Origin: Candidatus Altimarinota bacterium
Lineage (GTDB): Bacteria > Patescibacteriota > Gracilibacteria > JBDHUY01
Direction: 5' to 3'
NCBI GenBank assembly: GCA_039809385.1
Contig: JBDHUY010000001.1
Location: forward strand, 134,757-198,756
DNA: 64,000 nt
Made by a program: the position numbers and the translations under genes. Shown here one piece after another: positions 1 to 6,330 of this stretch; within the stretch, counting starts at the first letter, position 1, and every line of letters begins with the position of its first letter. The notes under the pieces are model-generated. The model saw only the letters and a list, made by a program, of their open reading frames with translations. It did no database searches and had not been told where the DNA came from.

Positions 1-1788
1 CAAAGATTTCCGGATATCTACCAAACCTTTTTTCAGCAGGCTCCGCTGGTAGCTGCTGCTCCTTTTTCCATGACCTGGATGACCGACAGCAGCATTCGTT
101 TTCGGGGTGCGGTGATTCGTCAGAAAATTCCGCTGAAGGGATATGTGGGAGTGGAAGAAACAGGACAAGCGGGTGAAATTTCGCTGGGTACGGTAACCTG
201 GTATGAATCCGGACAGGACCGGTTCTCAACTCCGGCGCCTTTATCGTCGATCTTTGCTCAGACCAAGGAAGTAGCGAAGTATATGGAGTCTCATTTTTCC
301 GTAAAGCTAGGCTCGCGGGGTATTCGCTTCCATGCTCTGCTGGAAATGGCGATTGACCGGGGGATGAGTTGTCATGCCACTCTGACCGCCTTAATAGCGT
401 TTCTGCTCTGTTATAGGACGAACCAGGTCAGCTCCGAGCAAATCAAACAATGGAGGGACGTGTCGGTGGAAGAACTGCTGAAAAATGACACATATGGTTT
501 CACGAAGGTAGCCGAACACGGCCGTAATATGGATCACATTACCAAATACGGCAATACCTGGGGTACCGGGGTGATCTCCAGTCTGGTTCCTTCCAGGTTT
601 CCTTTTGTCACGTTTCCTCAGCAAAAACCGGAAGTAAACTTGGAAGAGATCATGAAAGAAAAGATGGACGTACTCTCCTACCGCCTCAACGAACTATTTC
701 CCCAGCTGCCTCGAAAAGTATCGTGGCCTATCGACTATGCGATCATCTTTTCGGGGAAACTCTTGAATTTGGAAAATTCTCTGCAGAAAACTCTGACAAA
801 AAGCAAAGAACTAGAAGATATACAAGCTCATTTACGGCTCATAAAAGCAGAACAGGTAGATAAGACCGCGTTATTTACTATGAAAGTTAAACAAACAAAC
901 AGCTTTGAAAATACGTTTTTAGAGACGAACGCAATCGTATCGCTCATGCTGGTATCACAACTTGCAAAAATGATGTTAAAAAGCCACGATGAACGTGAAG
1001 CAGAAATGTTTATTGAATATATGAAAAAACGCCACAGTGCCGCCACAGTGATGGATCCGGTATCGCCCTACATTACCAAATTTCTTGCCCGTTTAAATAG
1101 TCAATTGGCCTCCGGAAAACAGTATAACAACTATGCTACATTTTGCTTTGACGATATTACTTTAGGAGGAAGCATTGGATTCGTAAGCTTAAAAGGGATA
1201 CAACGGGATATATTCTCAAATACGGCCAACAAGATTGTCAAAGAATTTCCAGTCTCATCAATCGATTATATGAGTTGGGAGGACGGCAGCTGTGATGATG
1301 GTGTAGAGATATTGCAAGATATTGAAAAGAAAACCTTTTCTCGTTACATACCCCCGGAAAGCATAATCATGAGTAGATTTGAAGGAAAAACCTCCCCTCA
1401 GCGCCTCCTTACTTCCCATAGTGCCGTAAACATTTCAGAAACAACGGGTCTGGTCTTGGACACCATACAAGAAAAAATATTCATTAACGGTGTAGCTCCT
1501 ACGAGTAAAGAACTTCACTCACACAAAGTAACAATTCAGCTTCTACGATTTCTGCTTTCGTCGAAGAATCATGAAATTAGCAATAAAGACCTGCCTCGCT
1601 CGGCATATTCTCTCAGCAAAAACGAGATGGAAGGGAAAATTGTTCGCCCCTTTAACTCACTAATAAAAACCAAACTTGGAAAAGACGAAAACTTCCTCAT
1701 ATGCATTGGAAATAATACAGATTTTTGTGTATATATGAATATGAATACTATCAATATAAATCTATATCAAAAACTGTTTGAGTTTTAA
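1..1788 (+). CDS. Degenerate GHMP-kinase-fold protein with probable C-terminal winged-helix domain; 5'-partial; paralog of 35118..36968
   Basis: Frame is open from base 1 (QRFPDIYQTFFQQAPLVAAAPFSMTW) and aligns with the paralog N-terminus (QKYPEVYQKFFVQCPLVLSAPLTFYW), so the true start is upstream of the window. Shared blocks IRQKIPLK, RG[IV]RFH, W.ID...I[FY]SGK, Y.SW.DG, KELHS, RSAY..SKNEM.GKI. Confidence 0.6.
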   Translation, partial: QRFPDIYQTFFQQAPLVAAAPFSMTWMTDSSIRFRGAVIRQKIPLKGYVGVEETGQAGEISLGTVTWYESGQDRFSTPAPLSSIFAQTKEVAKYMESHFSVKLGSRGIRFHALLEMAIDRGMSCHATLTALIAFLLCYRTNQVSSEQIKQWRDVSVEELLKNDTYGFTKVAEHGRNMDHITKYGNTWGTGVISSLVPSRFPFVTFPQQKPEVNLEEIMKEKMDVLSYRLNELFPQLPRKVSWPIDYAIIFSGKLLNLENSLQKTLTKSKELEDIQAHLRLIKAEQVDKTALFTMKVKQTNSFENTFLETNAIVSLMLVSQLAKMMLKSHDEREAEMFIEYMKKRHSAATVMDPVSPYITKFLARLNSQLASGKQYNNYATFCFDDITLGGSIGFVSLKGIQRDIFSNTANKIVKEFPVSSIDYMSWEDGSCDDGVEILQDIEKKTFSRYIPPESIIMSRFEGKTSPQRLLTSHSAVNISETTGLVLDTIQEKIFINGVAPTSKELHSHKVTIQLLRFLLSSKNHEISNKDLPRSAYSLSKNEMEGKIVRPFNSLIKTKLGKDENFLICIGNNTDFCVYMNMNTININLYQKLFEF

Positions 1789-1872
1789 CAGAAAAAAGCT
1801 CGTGAAGGAAATAGGAATCATTTTTTGACGTATGGTATCTTAAACGTAAATACAGGTTCTTGGGTATTAATA

Positions 1873-2919
1873 TCAGTTACTTTGCTTATCAATCAATCTT
1901 TTGATAGCAACTATATTTTCTTGCACTTCTTGAGGGTTAAATTGAGTTACAGCAATCCCAAATTGCTCATAATTATATTGAGATCTGTGCATTTGCCAAA
2001 TGAAATATTCATACAATTTTATTAATTCCTCTGTTTCACTATAAGACAACTTAAAATTATCTCCTCTTTTCTCATCAAGTAAAAAAAGGAGCTTTTGTGA
2101 TACACTTCTTGGTAAGTTTTGAATTAACAGGGAGGCTGTTTCGTATTCGGGTCCAGAAGTAATGAGTTGGCCGTGCTTGGTACAAATTGATCGTAGTAAT
2201 TTTATAAAATCCCGTATTACCATGAGTTGTATGGTCCTATTTGGACCATATTTAAAAGAAGACAGGTACTGAGCCCCGTTTTTAGAGTAGTAAGATTCAC
2301 CTTTTTCAGGATCATAATGACGTAATTCTTCTCCTTTACTTATTTGTTTACCAGAGGGCAGTATTTTGTAATACTCAGTAAAATAACTCTTTACTTGTTT
2401 TAAAACGCTTTTTCCATCCGAACCAACCAATTCCCCGAGCATTTTTCTTCGAGCCTCATCTAAAATTTGATTATTACCAGCTAGAACAGACGCATCTAAG
2501 ATACGTGACGGCCATTTTTGACCAGTTTCAAGATATTCAGATAGGCGTTCCTTATTAATATCTTTCTTCTCAAAGCCTTTAAAAAAAACACCGTGCTGGG
2601 ATTCAGTGCAACTTCTAATTTCCTGCTCAATCGTTGTAATCAAATCGTTTACCGCAGATATGCTTTTTGCCAATACAATTACCTCTAACTTTGAATCTGG
2701 CCCTTTTTCAAATCTCCCGTCACTACCAGTAGCCAATAATACTATATCATCTGTCTTATCGGTTACGCCTATAGTATGAAAAAAGTTGGTTACTAATTGC
2801 TGTAGTTCCAAGTTGTATTTTTGCAAATACTCAAAATATTTTTGAGGATTCTTTATATCGGGATTATCGATCTCTGGCAAAGTAGGACAAATCATTTTTG
2901 GACTTATAGCGTAGGACAT
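1873..2919 (-). CDS. Pol-beta-superfamily nucleotidyltransferase-like protein (GlnD/GlnE/DUF294-like), degenerate metal motif
   Basis: IVLLATGSDGRFEKGPDSKLEVIVL resembles the hG[GS]xGRxE-x-SDxD motif; RILDASVLAGN and FKYG resemble the DUF294 helical region. Confidence 0.6.
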   Translation of the reverse strand: MSYAISPKMICPTLPEIDNPDIKNPQKYFEYLQKYNLELQQLVTNFFHTIGVTDKTDDIVLLATGSDGRFEKGPDSKLEVIVLAKSISAVNDLITTIEQEIRSCTESQHGVFFKGFEKKDINKERLSEYLETGQKWPSRILDASVLAGNNQILDEARRKMLGELVGSDGKSVLKQVKSYFTEYYKILPSGKQISKGEELRHYDPEKGESYYSKNGAQYLSSFKYGPNRTIQLMVIRDFIKLLRSICTKHGQLITSGPEYETASLLIQNLPRSVSQKLLFLLDEKRGDNFKLSYSETEELIKLYEYFIWQMHRSQYNYEQFGIAVTQFNPQEVQENIVAIKRLIDKQSN

Positions 2920-2982
2920 ACTATTAATATATTTATATAATATTCTTCACAAAAAGCAACAAAAAAACCAAGAATTTTATCC

Positions 2983-3017
2983 AAAAAAACCTCTTCTGTA
3001 GGCGAAGAGGTTTTTTT
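2983..3017 (-). terminator. Intrinsic terminator (attenuator hairpin) upstream of the NTase gene
   Basis: Minus-strand RNA AAAAAAACCUCUUC-gccuaca-GAAGAGGUUUUUUU, about 60 nt before the ATG at 2919. Confidence 0.85.
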
Positions 3018-3045
3018 ATATAACATGCTGAAGGAAATCTCTCCG

Positions 3046-3144
3046 CTATGGTAAGAGGTTAATAATGACTACTCGAAGTACAGACCGCACTGGAGAGTTC
3101 GTTTTTGAAGGAAATCGTTGTAGTGTCTTATCCAGTGTAAACAT
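3046..3144 (-). CDS. Putative Val/Ile/Leu attenuator leader peptide, 32 aa (MFTLDKTLQRFPSKTNSPVRSVLRVVIINLLP)
   Basis: Hand-translated; 9 of the last 14 codons are V/I/L; lies between a sigma70-like promoter and the terminator. Confidence 0.7.
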   Translation of the reverse strand: MFTLDKTLQRFPSKTNSPVRSVLRVVIINLLP

Positions 3145-3169
3145 AAGAGATTGTATAAATACTGGATCT

Positions 3170-3197
3170 ATTCTAATTAGAGGGGAATAAAAGTCAA
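3170..3197 (-). promoter_or_regulatory. Sigma70-like promoter for the Val/Ile/Leu leader
   Basis: TTGACT (3197-3192), 16 nt spacer, TAGAAT (3175-3170) on the minus strand. Confidence 0.55.
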
Positions 3198-3204
3198 ATC
3201 TACG

Positions 3205-4144
3205 TTCTCTTTCAGATCAAATGCGACATAGCGAATTGATGAGGGGTGAGCATATTAAGGGATAAATGGGGTCGTTCGTGGTGGTAGTAATGGAGGTAGT
3301 CGTTGATCTTCTGCTGCAGCCAGGGCAGGTCTGATTTTTTGTATTTGATATGACCCACACATTCTTTCCTCAGGATTCCGTTAAATCGTTCGATAAATGC
3401 CTGTTCATTCTTTTTGTACGGTCGTGCTGTTCTGAGCCGTATCCCCAATCCTCTTACTCTTCTTTGCCACTCGGCTTTGAACTCCGGTCCGCCATCCCGT
3501 TGCGCGTGTTCCATGTGTCCATAAAACTTCAACTGTTCAATAAATGCTTCTTCTCCGGCTTTTGCTGTTAATCGGTCTTTCAAGATTACCGTTCCTTCTC
3601 TGGTACAAATATCAATCGACGTAAACGCATAAATATCTCCCAAATCCACCGTATCAAATTGTAATGCTTCCCGAGCTCTGCTTGCTTTCAATACCGTTTT
3701 ACCACGTACTACATTCTTCTTCCACTTACTGCGTAAAACATATTTCTCATTCAGAATTCGATAGATCGTGCTCCCCGAGACTTTTGTCCCATATTCTTTC
3801 TTCAAGAAATATTGAATCTTTTCTCCACAGCATTCGTGCCGCTCTTCCCGAATCTTCCAGATGTACCGTTTGGTTATCGGATCGGTTTCAGTTCTTTTTC
3901 GTTTCCCTTGCTTGGCCCGGGTAAAATCTCTCAAAAATATTTTGATCCCTTTCTTCTTCATTCCATTGATCCATCGATACACCGTGGCTCGGTGTACTCC
4001 TATCTGCTTTGGTATCTGCTCTGGTGATATTTCGTTCTTGTACAAATTCCAGCATACATACATCTTCTCTATTGTTTTCATGTCCATAGGATTAGTAGCT
4101 TCCTTCTACTATTCTACCCTATGTCGCATTTTTAAAGAGAATAC
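3205..4144 (-). mobile_element. IS481-like insertion sequence (ends approximate)
   Basis: Single DDE transposase; 13-bp inverted repeat AAATGCGACATAG (3219-3231) / CTATGTCGCATTT (4119-4131), outer TTCTCTTT/AAAGAGAA, right end reads TGT on the minus strand. No clear target duplication seen. Confidence 0.7.
3212..4087 (-). CDS. DDE transposase, rve integrase core (IS481-like)
   Basis: N-terminal HTH (IGVHRATVYRW), QFDTV, QRDGGPEF, QAFIERFNGILRKE, YYHHERPHLSLNMLTP. Confidence 0.9.
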   Translation of the reverse strand: MDMKTIEKMYVCWNLYKNEISPEQIPKQIGVHRATVYRWINGMKKKGIKIFLRDFTRAKQGKRKRTETDPITKRYIWKIREERHECCGEKIQYFLKKEYGTKVSGSTIYRILNEKYVLRSKWKKNVVRGKTVLKASRAREALQFDTVDLGDIYAFTSIDICTREGTVILKDRLTAKAGEEAFIEQLKFYGHMEHAQRDGGPEFKAEWQRRVRGLGIRLRTARPYKKNEQAFIERFNGILRKECVGHIKYKKSDLPWLQQKINDYLHYYHHERPHLSLNMLTPHQFAMSHLI

Positions 4145-4169
4145 AACGATCTATTATTTTTTATTAGAA

Positions 4170-5360
4170 TTACTCCGCGCTATTCTGAAGATTATTATAT
4201 ACATACTCTAACATTGAAGCTACGAGCGAATTGGTAACAATTGTATCCCGCAGTCGCTGTAGCTTCTGATGGACAAGTTCGCACACAAGCTCGTTTACCT
4301 TTTGAAACGTAACATAACGCTGCCATTCGATAATTTCCTGAGGAGTGGCATTCGTAATGCTGAGGTGCTCCCCCACTTGAATCGGAAATCCTCTCTTGCC
4401 GTGAATTACCTGAGCCAGATTCCCCTGGACGGAAGCCAAATATAACGCTCGTTTGGCATGATCGGTGATCATAGCCTTACTTCCATTCACAGCCACAATC
4501 GTACCTTTTTCTTCGCTAAAAGCACTCGTACGCTTGGCGACACACAGCAACGTACCTCTTGCATCCCGTACCGCGATACAACATCCTATCTGAAATTGCT
4601 CTTCATCCAACTCGACCCGCAGGTTACCAAATTCACAACTTTCGGTAATAACTCCCAATCGTAAGGGACTTTTTTCAATTTCCTCCTCTATCTTTTCGGT
4701 ATCAATGGGGTTGCCAAGTTGTTCGAAACCATATCCTCTGGCGATACCAGCTCCGGCCGGAGCGAATTTGCTCGCTCCGTCAAACACGTCACCCCCACGT
4801 TTTTCCGTAAGTCTCAGTCCGATCAGTTTTTCCAAAGAGATTTCATACACCTTTGCCTCGGCAAGTTTACCATGACCGTGAAACTCCGGCACCCGCATGT
4901 ACCAACGAGCCGGACCGACAAGTATCAATCCGGATGGGTATTGAATCATAACCCGTTTGCTTCCAACGTTGGAATCGTTCTCGTCATTTTGACCCACATG
5001 CGGATCGATAGTGATCACAAAAATAGCTTTACTACTCGATATTCTATCTTCAACGTATGCCGAAAGAGTGTGAGCAGCAGCTGTGAGGTTAAAGTTCTCT
5101 ACTTTGTTGGTACGAATGGGAATAGGATTATCCGCCAAGATATATTCCATGATCGCAGCCTGTTGGTTGAGCGATTCAGAATTGAGGTCGGCAATCGTAA
5201 TAATCTGACAGGACAATTGCTCACCAGATTCTTTGAAATCAGGAAGAACCGTGCCTTTATTGGGGAGATTGGAGCGAGAATTCGCATTTGGATATACCGA
5301 AGTTTCGGTCTGAACATCGGGAGTATCAGAAAAAGAAGTTTGGTTCTTTAGAGTAGACAT
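4170..5360 (-). CDS. DUF62 / SAM hydroxide adenosyltransferase (SAM hydrolase, chlorinase-fluorinase family), divergent
   Basis: Ordered family motifs: ITIADL, IFVITIDPHVG (VDPGVG), ILVGP, VFDGASKFAPAGAGIARG (TFHGRDVFAPAAA.LA.G), EFGNL (D.FGN), VAVNGS, LYLASVQGNLA. Confidence 0.75.
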   Translation of the reverse strand: MSTLKNQTSFSDTPDVQTETSVYPNANSRSNLPNKGTVLPDFKESGEQLSCQIITIADLNSESLNQQAAIMEYILADNPIPIRTNKVENFNLTAAAHTLSAYVEDRISSSKAIFVITIDPHVGQNDENDSNVGSKRVMIQYPSGLILVGPARWYMRVPEFHGHGKLAEAKVYEISLEKLIGLRLTEKRGGDVFDGASKFAPAGAGIARGYGFEQLGNPIDTEKIEEEIEKSPLRLGVITESCEFGNLRVELDEEQFQIGCCIAVRDARGTLLCVAKRTSAFSEEKGTIVAVNGSKAMITDHAKRALYLASVQGNLAQVIHGKRGFPIQVGEHLSITNATPQEIIEWQRYVTFQKVNELVCELVHQKLQRLRDTIVTNSLVASMLEYVYNNLQNSAE

Positions 5361-5383
5361 ACCAGAAAAAGAAATGAGATAAT

Positions 5384-5414
5384 AAAAAACAGCCTCCGAA
5401 ATGGTCGAAGGCTG
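5384..5414 (-). terminator. Intrinsic terminator (attenuator hairpin) upstream of the DUF62 gene
   Basis: Minus-strand RNA CAGCCUUCGA-ccauu-UCGGAGGCUG-UUUUUU, 10-bp stem with one G:U, ending 23 nt before the ATG at 5360. Confidence 0.85.
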
Positions 5415-5439
5415 CTTGTTTTAAAGGGGATAACGCACT

Positions 5440-5559
5440 TTAAACCATTTGCCTCCGAAGCAGACGCATCATCATCATTATCGCCATCATCATGTACCCG
5501 GTACGACAAATGTTGTTAACCGAAACTTCCTGTGATGGAATGTTTGAATACCGGGACAT
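5440..5559 (-). CDS. Putative methionine attenuator leader peptide, 39 aa (MSRYSNIPSQEVSVNNICRTGYMMMAIMMMMRLLRRQMV)
   Basis: Hand-translated; 7 AUG codons in a 9-codon window, directly followed by a copy of the terminator 3' arm (UUCGGAGGC). Confidence 0.85.
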   Translation of the reverse strand: MSRYSNIPSQEVSVNNICRTGYMMMAIMMMMRLLRRQMV

Positions 5560-5583
5560 AGAAAGAAAAAAGATTTTTACATC

Positions 5584-5611
5584 ATCATAATCGTCAAAAA
5601 AAGTTTGTCAA
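5584..5611 (-). promoter_or_regulatory. Sigma70-like promoter for the Met leader
   Basis: TTGACA (5611-5606), 16 nt spacer, TATGAT (5589-5584) on the minus strand, 24 nt before the leader ATG. Confidence 0.65.
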
Positions 5612-5904
5612 AAAATTCCCGAAGAAATTCCTACAATTCATTCTATTCTTGTAACAAGTGTATTATTATGAGAGTTTATACAATAATTAGTAGCTTATAA
5701 TTTAATACCTCCATCCTTGAAGGCAGATCAGTATCATTTTCAAGTTTTCCGTGATTTTTTAATTTCACCGAAAATGATAAAATAAAGCAACTATAAAACT
5801 TCATTCATTCTTCTTGCCACCGCAAACCCCGCTGCTATAATGTCCCTGCATTTTTAAGATGGAAAAGTCGGAGCAGTCGCTCTGAGAACAAAGAAATGCT
5901 GAAT

Positions 5905-5979
5905 GCCGGAGTAGCTCAGTGGTAGAGCAATGCTTTCGTAAAGCAGTGGTCGTGGGTTCAACTCCCATCTCCGGCTCCA
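5905..5979 (+). tRNA. tRNA-Thr (anticodon CGT)
   Basis: GCCGGAG/CTCCGGC acceptor stem, TAGCTCAGTGGTAGAGC D-arm, anticodon loop TTCGTAA, GGTTCAAC T-loop, encoded CCA. Confidence 0.95.
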
Positions 5980-6330
5980 GGGGGAAATAGTATAAAGTAT
6001 CTGGTATTAGGTATCTAGTATAGTGCCGAATAAGTAAACCACGTGCGGAAACATGAGTCCGGGGTTTTTACAGATAAGGACGTTTGACTCTTGACCTCCA
6101 AGACCTGTCCATTCACCCATTCCCGAGTCCTCATGCCCCTGCTGTTGGCTGTAAGCTGTCAGCTCTGTGTTTTGGCTAATCGCCACTACCCGCCTGTCAC
6201 CGCTGTAAGCTGTTCGCTGACCGCTGAACGCCGCCCGCCTGATTTGTCCCTTGCCTTTTACCTGCTCTTTTTCTATAGTAGAACACGCTTATCAAACGAC
6301 CTCTTATTTTCTATTTATCTAAAACCTGTT

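Noticed and set aside
3029-3116. 11-bp direct repeat TGAAGGAAATC (3029, 3106) as an operator or target-site duplication
   Set aside because: Both copies lie within the leader transcript and do not flank the IS; no role can be assigned.
5467-5493. (CAT)n tract read as a microsatellite or His-rich peptide on the plus strand
   Set aside because: The promoter, start codon, terminator polarity and downstream gene are all on the minus strand, where the tract reads as in-frame Met codons.
6091-6330. 80-aa N-terminal extension of SecD from TTG 6091
   Set aside because: It is a translation of heptamer repeats and promoter DNA; SecD-like sequence starts at ATG 6331.
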